A stretch of 64,000 bases of DNA. Source: Chlamydia trachomatis. Its GTDB lineage: Bacteria; Chlamydiota; Chlamydiia; Chlamydiales; 2-12-FULL-49-11. Each line of letters starts with the position of its first letter. The stretch's first letter is position 1. The DNA is taken from positions 6,200-70,199 of the forward strand of contig CAMBZN010000005.1 of assembly GCA_945872565.1 (NCBI GenBank). The letters are read 5' to 3'. The translations under genes were made by a program, and so were the position numbers. Positions 26,393-35,207 of this stretch are shown one piece after another. The notes under the pieces were generated by a model that was given only the letters and a program-made list of their open reading frames with translations, was not told where the DNA came from and did no database searches.

Positions 26393-27380
26393 AGTATTGC
26401 AAATTTTAGAAAACCAGCGAGATCATCTTTCTAGTGAAGTCTACGCCCACATTGCCCCCCTATTTCATTCTTACGACCAGTTACTCCTTGATTTGGATTT
26501 GGCCGAATCACAAGTTACTTCTGTTCTTGATCAGTACCTAACATTGATCAAGCAAGAGTTAGTTTCCCCTAAAAAATTTGATCTGTTCCATACCAAGGAA
26601 ACCGAGCCTGTTGACTACTATCATTTTTCCAAACAATTACTCTCACCATTTATCAATAAAGATACCTCTAAAATATTTGGAAAAGAAAATATCGCTGAAA
26701 TTATAAAAATATTAGAACGTGGCGAAAATGTCATTCTTCTTTCCAATCATCAAGCAGAGGCAGACCCCACTTTATTAGCAGCTCTTTTAGATGAGCATTA
26801 CCCTAATTTCATAGAGCACATGATCGCTATTGCTGGATCAAGAGTAACAACTGACCCAATCACCATTCCTTTAAGTCGTGGTCAAAATATCATCTGCGTC
26901 TATTCAAAAAAATATTTTGAGCTTTATGCAGATCGAAAAAATGCGATGCAACAACACAACAGCTCTTCCATGATCACTTTACGTCATGTGTTAAATGAGG
27001 GGGGAAAACTTGTTTTTGTAGCACCATCTGGAGGAAGGGATAGAAGAGATGACAACGGGAAACTAACACCTGCTCCTTTTGATCCTGAAAGCATTGAACT
27101 TATGCGATTATTAGGGTCAAAATCTAAGCGAGAAACACACTACTTTCCCCTTGCTTTGCATACCTACAATATATTACCCCCTCCAGAGAAAATAAAAAAA
27201 GCAATTGGCGAACAAAGAAAAATGTGTCATTGTCCAATTCATGTCCACTTTGGAAAAAAATATCCAATGTGCTGCCCTTCCGCAGAAGAAAAAAATGCGA
27301 AGGAACTTTTCAGAATTAATCAAGCAGGGACTATTCATAAAATAGTTAAAGAGCTATATGATGAGATTACAGCTAAATAA
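26343..27380 (+). CDS. glycerol-3-phosphate acyltransferase, plastid (ATS1)-like type
   Basis: LLSNHQAEADPTLLAALL is the NHQ(S/T/A)EADP acyltransferase block typical of soluble plant chloroplast GPAT. VAPSGGRDR block III. The start is uncertain: the track start overlaps rng by 50 nt, and TTG 26397 lies just after the rng stop. Confidence 0.8.
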   Translation: MNLKSIIQQMDNYLKSKVLQILENQRDHLSSEVYAHIAPLFHSYDQLLLDLDLAESQVTSVLDQYLTLIKQELVSPKKFDLFHTKETEPVDYYHFSKQLLSPFINKDTSKIFGKENIAEIIKILERGENVILLSNHQAEADPTLLAALLDEHYPNFIEHMIAIAGSRVTTDPITIPLSRGQNIICVYSKKYFELYADRKNAMQQHNSSSMITLRHVLNEGGKLVFVAPSGGRDRRDDNGKLTPAPFDPESIELMRLLGSKSKRETHYFPLALHTYNILPPPEKIKKAIGEQRKMCHCPIHVHFGKKYPMCCPSAEEKNAKELFRINQAGTIHKIVKELYDEITAK

Positions 27381-27393
27381 CAGGGGTTAACCG

Positions 27394-30282
27394 ATGAAAA
27401 AATTAAAAATCTTCTCTTTTATCTTTTTTACTCTATCTTTGACCCTTTTTGCTCAGCAACCTGAAACCCTTTCTCAAGTAGTTGTTGATAAAAACCCTCT
27501 GACCTTTCTTACTCCCTCATTAAAAGATGTGCAGATAAAGAAATTAATTCTTTGCAATGGGATGAAAGTATTTCTTGTTTCTGACAAACAGGCAAGGCAA
27601 TCTTCTGCTGCCCTTGCAGTAAATGTAGGTAGTTGGAATAATCCCGATGAATATTTAGGGATGGCTCATTTTTGTGAACACATGCTCTTTATGGGTTCAA
27701 AGAAATATCCAGATGAAAATGCTTACTCCAAATATATACAAGACCATCATGGTCGAACAAATGCATACACAAGTACAGATAGAACTGTTTATGGATTTGC
27801 AATTAATAATGAACAATTTGAGCGATCTCTTGATATGTTTTCAAGATTTTTTATCGATCCATTATTTTCAGAAAGCTGTATCAATAGAGAACTTTTAGCA
27901 GTAAATCAAGAACACAACAAAAACATCGAAAATGATGGGTGGAGATCTTGGTTTATTTTCAAGCAAGAAGGAAACCAAAATCATCCCAACGCCGCCTTTA
28001 GCACTGGTACGGAAGAAACCCTTAAAATAGTGGGCAGAGAGGAATTAGTAAAATGGTATAAAGAAAACTATAAGCCTTCGGGAATGCACCTTGTTGTTTA
28101 TTCTAACAAAGATATGGACCAACTTACAACCCTTGTAGAGAGCACTTTTTCTCAAGTGGAGGAGTCATCAAGCACTAATTGCCCTTACCCTGATTTAAAA
28201 ATCACCTCTCCTAATCAAGAAGGGCACATCACTTACATTGAGCCAATTAAAAACATTAAAGAACTTACCATTACTTGGGAAATTCCCCCTGCGTATGCAA
28301 ATGATCTGGATACAAAATCCCATAAACTCATCGCCTACGCTCTTTCTCACCATATGAAAGGGGGTCTGTATTGTTCTTTAAAAGAACAAGGGCTTATCGA
28401 AAATTTTTCAAGCGAGAGCGATCGAGTGAGCAACTCCCATGTTCTTTTATCATTTAATATGCAATTGACAGATCAAGGCATTCAAAAGACAGATCACATT
28501 CTCTACACATTTTTTGCAAGCCTTAACAAGCTAAAAAGCAGCAACGTTCCCATCCATATTTTTAATGATATGGAAGCTGTTCTTACAACTTCTTATCAAT
28601 GGCAAACAAGAAAGGATCCTTTTAATTTGACTATGGAACTTGTGGCATGGATGTTAAATGAGCCTTTAGAGACTTTCCCTTACAAGACGGTAATGATCAA
28701 TAAATTCGACCAAAAAAGCTCAAGAGAACTTTTAAATCATCTAACTGCTAGAAATGCCATTTTTACAATTATAGGAAACAAAGAAGCTACGCATCGAACA
28801 GCTAACAAAGAAGAACCTTGGACTGGGGCGAAATATTCGGTAAGTAAAGTCAGTGAAGAACTGCTAGATGCATGGGAAAGGGCAGAACCTGCAAAAGAAT
28901 TCCTCCTTCCAAACCCCAACCCCTACATTTCCAAACACCAAAAACTCCTTACAGAGGAACCTTCTAAAGAACCTTTGACCCCTAGCCTTATCGTTGATGA
29001 CGAGGCAGGCAAGTGCTATTATCTTCAAGATAAACAATTTTTGGAACCAAAAACACAATTATTCCTCCGTATTAAATCTCCAGAAATCAACTCCTCTAAA
29101 AAATCAATCTGCCTAAATAAGCTTTTTTGCGCCTATTTATCCACCCACATGTCCTCTTTAATCGCTGAAGGATCTTTTGCAGGCATTCATACCTCTATTT
29201 ATCCAAATGAATTTAGTTTAAATATCGCTGTAAATGGCTACCACGACAAGATTGGCAGTTACATGATGTCCTTTTTATCTAATCTAGTCTCCTCCTACCC
29301 AAACAAAAGTGATTTTACTCTTATAAAAAGCCAGCTGCTTTCTAATTGCAAGAGCTTGCAGTGTAATTTACCCATCTCTCAAGGTTTTAACCTAATCAAT
29401 AGCATCGTTTTAAACAGTAATATCGACATGCACACAGAAAATGCAGTGCTTGAATCAATCACTTTAGAAGAGTTTCAAGCTTTTCAAAAAGGGTTGCTCG
29501 AAGAAAATTACCTTCAAACATATATTAGTGGAAATCTTGATAAAGAATCTGCCATGCTTTACTACTCAGAAATGAAAAACACCCTTTTTTCTAAACCTTA
29601 TCCCCCGTCTAATCACAAGTTAGAAGAATATCTTTCATTCTATTCAGACATCCCTGAGCCAAAAAAGATTTCTATTGAAACAAAAATGGGAGGAAACTCT
29701 GCCATCTTGTTAATCGATCAGGATCATTTTACCTTTGAAAAATTTGCCGCTCAATCCATTTTTGCAAGCATCATCAAGGAAGCATTTTTTTCAGAGCTCC
29801 GGACAAAGCAACAAACAGGCTATATTGTGCAATCAGCTTCCTCTTTAGTGGGTGGAAGAATATTGCATTTTTATATGGCTCAATCAACTACACATTATCC
29901 TGAAGAACTTCTTGCTCGGTATGAATTGTTCCTAGAAAATTACAGCAGAGAAATTAAAACTCACATTACTCCCGAGCGCTTTGATAATATAAAAGCCTCT
30001 TTGATTGCTACATCAAACCGCTCCCCCGATAACCTCCTTGGCCTTGCGAAAAAAAACTTTAGGTTAGCATACTCTTTTGACGGTGACTTTGAGCGCAATA
30101 AAAAACATACCCGCGCACTAGAGGCTCTTTCCTATGAAGAATTTATTAACTATGCTCAGCAATTTATTACTCGAGATAACCCAAAAAGACTTGCCATCCT
30201 TGTAAAAGGAGCTAAAGTAGACAAAAAGTCTTTTAGTTATAAGGAAACAAGCACTGAAGAAATTGCTACTATTAGAAAGTAA
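27394..30282 (+). CDS. secreted M16-family zinc metalloprotease (insulinase/pitrilysin-like)
   Basis: Signal peptide MKKLKIFSFIFFTLSLTLFAQQ. Inverted zincin motif HFCEHMLFMGSKKYP (HxxEH) with downstream NAYT…E. 962 aa, four-domain size. Confidence 0.9.
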   Translation: MKKLKIFSFIFFTLSLTLFAQQPETLSQVVVDKNPLTFLTPSLKDVQIKKLILCNGMKVFLVSDKQARQSSAALAVNVGSWNNPDEYLGMAHFCEHMLFMGSKKYPDENAYSKYIQDHHGRTNAYTSTDRTVYGFAINNEQFERSLDMFSRFFIDPLFSESCINRELLAVNQEHNKNIENDGWRSWFIFKQEGNQNHPNAAFSTGTEETLKIVGREELVKWYKENYKPSGMHLVVYSNKDMDQLTTLVESTFSQVEESSSTNCPYPDLKITSPNQEGHITYIEPIKNIKELTITWEIPPAYANDLDTKSHKLIAYALSHHMKGGLYCSLKEQGLIENFSSESDRVSNSHVLLSFNMQLTDQGIQKTDHILYTFFASLNKLKSSNVPIHIFNDMEAVLTTSYQWQTRKDPFNLTMELVAWMLNEPLETFPYKTVMINKFDQKSSRELLNHLTARNAIFTIIGNKEATHRTANKEEPWTGAKYSVSKVSEELLDAWERAEPAKEFLLPNPNPYISKHQKLLTEEPSKEPLTPSLIVDDEAGKCYYLQDKQFLEPKTQLFLRIKSPEINSSKKSICLNKLFCAYLSTHMSSLIAEGSFAGIHTSIYPNEFSLNIAVNGYHDKIGSYMMSFLSNLVSSYPNKSDFTLIKSQLLSNCKSLQCNLPISQGFNLINSIVLNSNIDMHTENAVLESITLEEFQAFQKGLLEENYLQTYISGNLDKESAMLYYSEMKNTLFSKPYPPSNHKLEEYLSFYSDIPEPKKISIETKMGGNSAILLIDQDHFTFEKFAAQSIFASIIKEAFFSELRTKQQTGYIVQSASSLVGGRILHFYMAQSTTHYPEELLARYELFLENYSREIKTHITPERFDNIKASLIATSNRSPDNLLGLAKKNFRLAYSFDGDFERNKKHTRALEALSYEEFINYAQQFITRDNPKRLAILVKGAKVDKKSFSYKETSTEEIATIRK

Positions 30283-30286
30283 TTCT

Positions 30287-31006
30287 TTATAGCTGCATGT
30301 TGTGATAGACCTCGTCCAAATCATCTAAGTCTTCGATGAATTCTATTAGAGCTAGATTTTTTTCTTTATCCTCATCATTGCATCCGATGAAATTCTTTGG
30401 CATGATTTCTAAAGAAACCTCTTTGACTGCATATCCTCTTTTTTCTAACTCTTCTTTTACTTTGAAAAGATCAGATGGGTTGGTAGTAATGATACACACC
30501 ATCTCATCATCATCAGAAAAATCAACGGCCCCAGCATCTAGTGCCTCCTCGAACAACTTATCCGAATCGATGTTTATCTTCTCGATTTGAATCACTCCCA
30601 AAGTATCAAAATTAAAAGCAACACTCCCTGGTACAGCTATTGTCCCCCCTCGTTTATTAGTAGCAATCCGCATATCAGAGGCTGTTCGATTTTTATTATC
30701 GGTGAGTGCTTTACAAAGTAACCCTACCCCCCCCCAACCATACACTTCGTAGGTTACTTGGTCAAAATTCGACTGGTCTTTAGATTGGGCCTTTTTTATA
30801 TTTCTCTCAATATTTTCATTGGGAAGGTTTACAGCTTTTGCTCGAGTAATTGCAAGTCTCAGTTGGGGGTTACATTTTGGATCTGGACCGTTTGCTTTTA
30901 CTGCTACAATAATTTCTTTGGTCACCGAGGAAAAGGCTTTTCCCTTTTTTGCATCTGCTTTTGCTTTTCTATGTTTAATATTTGCCCATTTGCTATGTCC
31001 TGCCAT
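30287..31006 (-). CDS. yebC: YebC/PmpR family DNA-binding transcriptional regulator
   Basis: MAGHSKWANIKHRKAKADAKKGKAF… is the family signature. 239 aa. Confidence 0.93.
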   Translation of the reverse strand: MAGHSKWANIKHRKAKADAKKGKAFSSVTKEIIVAVKANGPDPKCNPQLRLAITRAKAVNLPNENIERNIKKAQSKDQSNFDQVTYEVYGWGGVGLLCKALTDNKNRTASDMRIATNKRGGTIAVPGSVAFNFDTLGVIQIEKINIDSDKLFEEALDAGAVDFSDDDEMVCIITTNPSDLFKVKEELEKRGYAVKEVSLEIMPKNFIGCNDEDKEKNLALIEFIEDLDDLDEVYHNMQL

Positions 31007-31017
31007 ATCTTTATCCT

Positions 31018-31539
31018 TTAAATATCTATATCCTGCAGATCCATCTGCATCATTATTTTCTTTTTTTTCTTGTCTGTGATTTGCTCTCTCATGAAATTTT
31101 CATGTACAGCGTAATCTTTAAATCCTAATCGTTTATAAAGAGAGTATGCAGGATTGCCTTCATACATTTCAAGGTGAAGATTGATTATCCCATAGGTATG
31201 TTTTGCCTCTTTCATCAAATGATGCAAAAGGGTTGTTCCTAAGCCCCTACCACGATATTTATCCCCAACAAGAATTGCAAACAGAGATTGTTTAGCTAGT
31301 TTTTCAAAAACATTCACATATAAAATAGCAAAACCTGCAGGTTTGTGATTGACCTCAATTGTATATGCCTGATTTTTTCGGGCGTAATAAAGCCATATCT
31401 TTAAAGCTTCGTTAACCTCTGAGAGATTACACATAGGAAAGTACTCAAGCACTCCCGGATCCATCAAATATTGCGATAAAAAATATTGGTCTGCCTCCAC
31501 AAGAGTTCTAATAGTGACATTTTCAAAATTTTTACTCAT
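31018..31539 (-). CDS. GNAT family N-acetyltransferase
   Basis: Acetyl-CoA motif A YRGRGLGTTLLHHLMKEA. 173 aa. Confidence 0.75.
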   Translation of the reverse strand: MSKNFENVTIRTLVEADQYFLSQYLMDPGVLEYFPMCNLSEVNEALKIWLYYARKNQAYTIEVNHKPAGFAILYVNVFEKLAKQSLFAILVGDKYRGRGLGTTLLHHLMKEAKHTYGIINLHLEMYEGNPAYSLYKRLGFKDYAVHENFMREQITDKKKKKIMMQMDLQDIDI

Positions 31540-32083
31540 CTGCTTCCTTTGTTAAATCCACTTCATAGATCAATCGCGCTTTCATTTGGTTATCAAGTTC
31601 AACAAAATTTTCTTGGGTGATGATTTTTTTATACCCACCCTTGATAAGTAGATGTTCTAATGGACACCCTTCAAATATTTCTACATGAATTGACTCTAAT
31701 TTAAATTTTGTTCGAGCAAGGTGATTGATGTTTTTTAATAAAGATCTGCCCACCCCCTTATTTCTGTACTCTTTTTTTACAACCATGTACATCATGGAAA
31801 GATGTGCAACTTTTACATAAGGCATTAAAAATAAAGTAGCCATCCCCACCGTCTCTTTCCCATACATAGCAGATAGGCTGCATTGATACCTTGCAAATCC
31901 CGCCCAATTTCTTGCAAAAATTTTCACATCAGATTCTGATGATGGAGGCAACCATTGCATGGTCTCTTTGTCCTTTAACTCCTCTAATAAAAAGTTCTCA
32001 TCGATTAGAAAAGAAAATCTAAGATCATAGTCTTTATCTTTGGTAATATCTTGTTTTTTCATCTCTTTATGCTCCATCGCCAC
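31532..32083 (-). CDS. GNAT family N-acetyltransferase (tandem paralogue)
   Basis: YRNKGVGRSLLKNINHLA. Same overall layout as the downstream GNAT. Overlaps prfB (17 nt) and the next GNAT (8 nt). Confidence 0.75.
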   Translation of the reverse strand: MAMEHKEMKKQDITKDKDYDLRFSFLIDENFLLEELKDKETMQWLPPSSESDVKIFARNWAGFARYQCSLSAMYGKETVGMATLFLMPYVKVAHLSMMYMVVKKEYRNKGVGRSLLKNINHLARTKFKLESIHVEIFEGCPLEHLLIKGGYKKIITQENFVELDNQMKARLIYEVDLTKEADE

Positions 32084-33174
32084 CCTGCATTTTTAAATAC
32101 GCATGGATAAAAGCATCTATATCTCCATCCAAAATTTTTCTTGTATCACCATCTTCATATTTTGTCCTTGAATCTTTTACTAAAGTGTATGGATGAATCA
32201 CGTAATTACGTATTTGCGATCCCCAAGAGATCTCTTTTTTCTCGCCAGCCATTTTTGAAAGCTTCGCTCTTTTTTCTTCAAGTAACATCTGATAAATTTT
32301 TGATTTTAACATTTTTAGGCAAACTTCACGATTTTTAATTTGTGAGCGCTCTTGCTGACAGGTAACAACAATTCCAGTTGGTGCATGAGTCATTCTTACT
32401 GCTGAATCGGTTGTATTAATATGCTGACCACCGGCCCCTGAAGCTCTAAAAGTATCTACACGAATATCGTCGGAATTTACCTCAACATCAATGTCTTCAG
32501 AAATCATGGGAACAACTTCAATCGAGGCAAAACTGGTATGTCTTTTTGCATTACTATCAAAAGGTGAGATCCTTACAAGTCTATGCACTCCTGTTTCAGC
32601 GCTCAAATAGCCAAAAGCATACTCCCCTTCAATCTTAATCGTACAATTTTTAATTCCAGCCACATCTCCAGAAAGCTCGCTCACCATTTCTGTTTTCCAG
32701 CCTTTTCTCTCCGCGTAGCGCTGATACATACGAGCAAGCATTAGAGCCCAATCACAAGACTCAGTACCGCCTGCCCCTGCATTAACACTTAAGTAGCAGC
32801 CGCAAACATCTTCTTCCCTTGTAAACATTCGAGCAATCTCAAGAGAGATTAAGATTTCCTCCCCACTTTTTAACTCCTTTTCTAGATCAAGCAAAAGATC
32901 ATCATCTCCAAGAGCTTGAATCTCTGGATACATTGTCTCTAAACTGCTTGACAGCATCAGAAGCTTTTCAAGTGGCAAAACCCACGATTTTAGCTCTTTG
33001 ATCCTTGCAACTGTTTTTTCAGCTCCATCTTTATCTTCCCAAAAAGCAGGATCTGTCATCTTTTGATCTAATAAGTCTAATTCATTCCGCTTATGTGGCA
33101 GGTCAAAGATACCTCCCCATACCAGAAACCTTCTCTTTGAAGACTTTGATATCTTTACCTATATTTTCTCTCAT
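32067..33174 (-). CDS. prfB: peptide chain release factor 2 (requires programmed +1 frameshift at 33105)
   Basis: The track ORF covers only the post-shift part (GGQHINTTDSAVR GGQ motif; SPF tripeptide in VRISPFDS). Hand translation upstream: frame 0 from ATG 33174 gives MRENIGKDIKVFKEKVSGMGRYL then TGA. Shifting +1 at CTT TGA C continues DLPHKRNELDLLDQK-MTDPAFWED… into the track ORF. Total 368 aa. Confidence 0.95.
33102..33117 (-). other. RF2 programmed +1 ribosomal frameshift site
   Basis: The minus strand reads GGGAGG TAT CTT TGA C: an SD-like element 3 nt upstream of the slippery CUU-UGA-C, as in E. coli prfB. Confidence 0.9.
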
Positions 33175-33373
33175 AACAGAAATAGTAGCAAAGATTGAGG
33201 TAAAAACCAAGCAGCAATAATACAATCCTAAAATACTTCACCAAGAGAGGTTTTGTATCCCATTTTTTGTAAGGTGTTTATAGAGGGTAAAAAAATATCT
33301 TTTGGAACTTATTGACGAATAAATATTTGACAGGCAAAGATGAGTTTAGAGTTTAACAATCAGGAGTTACGCG

Positions 33374-33634
33374 ATGGCTAAAAAAACAGCTAATTCAGCA
33401 TTTATGAGAAAATTAACATTAAGCCCAGAGCTTCAAGCAGTAGTTGGTAAAGGACCTATGCCTAGGACTGAAATCACTAAAAATATCTGGGTGTATATCA
33501 AAAAACACAATCTTCAAGATCCGGATAATATGAGAAATATCAAACCAGATGAGAATCTTGCTAAAATTTTTGGTAGTAAGAAAGCAATTTCTATGTTCAA
33601 AATGCCAGGTCATATCAACAATCACGTTGAATAG
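33374..33634 (+). CDS. SWIB/MDM2-domain protein
   Basis: The 86-aa protein LSPELQAVVGKGPMPRTEITKNIWVYIKKHNLQDPDNMRNIKPDENLAKIFG matches the SWIB/BAF60b fold pattern. Confidence 0.85.
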   Translation: MAKKTANSAFMRKLTLSPELQAVVGKGPMPRTEITKNIWVYIKKHNLQDPDNMRNIKPDENLAKIFGSKKAISMFKMPGHINNHVE

Positions 33635-33652
33635 AAGCTATTTTGTAAGTAT

Positions 33653-33679
33653 AATCTCCTAAGTTTTTCTTAGGAGATT
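33653..33679 (+). terminator. 11-bp perfect hairpin: terminator-like element that also sequesters the truA SD
   Basis: AATCTCCTAAG-ttttt-CTTAGGAGATT. The 3' arm contains AGGAG, 5 nt before the truA ATG (33681). Confidence 0.5.
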
Positions 33680-33680
33680 T

Positions 33681-34412
33681 ATGTTTAACGTCAAATTCAC
33701 TGTCATTTATGATGGGACAAACTTTTTTGGATGGCAAAGGCAAAGCCTTGATATCACAATTCAAGGGGAAATTGAAAAGATCCTCGAACAAATTTTTCAA
33801 CAAAAAATCACTATTCATGGCTCTGGCAGAACAGATCGGGGTGTCCACGCAAAAGGCCAAATCGCCTCATGTACCCTTCCCATCACAGATCTATTCTGCT
33901 TGCAAAAATCATTAAATGCGCTACTTCCCAAAGACATCCGAGTAACTAATTTTTGCGAAATGGACAGCTCTTTTCATGCCCGTCTGAGCGCAAAGAGTAA
34001 AATCTACAGCTATACTTTTTTCACAAAACCCATTTTAGACCCTTTTAACCGCCACACAAGCTTCCATTATCCCTACCCTTTAGACCTTGATTTAATAAAG
34101 GAAGGGGCTAAAATATTTATTGGCACTAAAGACTTTTCTTCCATGTCAAACAGCCAAAGGATTGATTCTATTAAAACCATTTATGCAATAGATCTTAAAA
34201 CAACTGCTGATGGATTTATTCTTCGTTTTCATGGCTCGGGGTTTTTGTATAAAATGGTACGAAATATTACAGGAGCTTTGATCGATGTGGGGCAAGGGAC
34301 AATTTCGCTGCAAAAACTTGAGGAAATTATGGAGAAAAAAAGCAGCGTCCACGGTTTAAGACAAGCTCCAGCTCATGGCTTGTGTTTAGAAGAGGTTTTT
34401 TATAGTCAATAA
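33681..34412 (+). CDS. truA: tRNA pseudouridine(38-40) synthase
   Basis: YDGTNFFGWQRQ and catalytic GSGRTDRGVHAKGQ motifs. 243 aa. Confidence 0.93.
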   Translation: MFNVKFTVIYDGTNFFGWQRQSLDITIQGEIEKILEQIFQQKITIHGSGRTDRGVHAKGQIASCTLPITDLFCLQKSLNALLPKDIRVTNFCEMDSSFHARLSAKSKIYSYTFFTKPILDPFNRHTSFHYPYPLDLDLIKEGAKIFIGTKDFSSMSNSQRIDSIKTIYAIDLKTTADGFILRFHGSGFLYKMVRNITGALIDVGQGTISLQKLEEIMEKKSSVHGLRQAPAHGLCLEEVFYSQ

Positions 34413-34448
34413 TCATTTAAGTGACTATAATAGCTCTTCCTTAGGGAA

Positions 34449-34531
34449 GCCGATGTGGCGAAATGGTAGACGCGGAAGATTCAAAATCTTCTCTTGGCAA
34501 CAAGGTGCTGGTTCGAGTCCGGTCATCGGTA
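34449..34531 (+). tRNA. tRNA-Leu(CAA)
   Basis: GCCGATG acceptor pairing with CATCGGT (G1-U72 wobble). D-arm TGGCGAAATGGTAGACGC. Anticodon arm GAAGA-TTCAAAA-TCTTC. Long variable arm. T-arm GCTGG-TTCGAGT-CCGGT. No encoded CCA. Confidence 0.85.
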
Positions 34532-35170
34532 ATGTTTGAAACATATTTTGGTAAAAAAAAGCTTGTATGCTTTGATTTTGACGGACTTTTAGTAAATACT
34601 GAGCCCGTTCATCATAGGGCATACAATGAAGTTTTAGAACTTTTACAAGCACCACTTCATTTAACTTTTTCTGAATATTGCCGTCTAGCTCACAGTGAAA
34701 ACCGCCATCTTTTTGAGCAAACAGTTAAACAAAACTTTCCAGATTTTCCCTACTCCTGGGAGCAAGTTCGCAAGAAAAAAATTGCTCTCTACAGCAGCCT
34801 CATTCAATCTCAGCCTGTTCCAGTAATGGAAGGAGCCTGTGAGTTGATCACAAAACTTTTTGAAAATGGGAGGGATGTTTGCATTGTTACTAACTCCTTT
34901 CGAGCCGATGTTGATACTATCAGAGGGCACCTTCCTGTGATCAAATCCATTCCCCTTGTATTTGCCCGAGAAAATTATTCTCTACCAAAACCCTCGCCCG
35001 ATGGATACCTTAAAGCACTAGAGCATCACAACTATCTTGCCAAAGATGCAATTGGGTTGGAAGACTCCATCAAAGGGATCACCGCTTTAAAAGATGCAGG
35101 GATGGATTACCTATTCATCAACTCATCCCACCCCCATTCGACACACTCTAGTCTAAAAGAATTTCTTTAA
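34532..35170 (+). CDS. HAD-superfamily hydrolase (phosphatase/beta-phosphoglucomutase-like subfamily IA)
   Basis: Motif I CFDFDGLLVNTE 13 codons after ATG 34532. Motif II IVTNS. Motif III/IV K…GLEDS. The track ORF start (34463) lies inside the tRNA-Leu gene and is rejected. Confidence 0.75.
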   Translation: MFETYFGKKKLVCFDFDGLLVNTEPVHHRAYNEVLELLQAPLHLTFSEYCRLAHSENRHLFEQTVKQNFPDFPYSWEQVRKKKIALYSSLIQSQPVPVMEGACELITKLFENGRDVCIVTNSFRADVDTIRGHLPVIKSIPLVFARENYSLPKPSPDGYLKALEHHNYLAKDAIGLEDSIKGITALKDAGMDYLFINSSHPHSTHSSLKEFL

Positions 35171-35207
35171 TAGAGCTCTTTTGTAATTAGCTTTACCCCA
35201 AAGAGGT

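Noticed and set aside
34463-34531. Track ORF start of the HAD gene (MVDAEDSKSS…). Likewise 42083-42127 for recO.
   Set aside because: These codons lie within well-folding tRNA genes (tRNA-Leu CAA, tRNA-Arg TCG), so they are artefactual 5' extensions.
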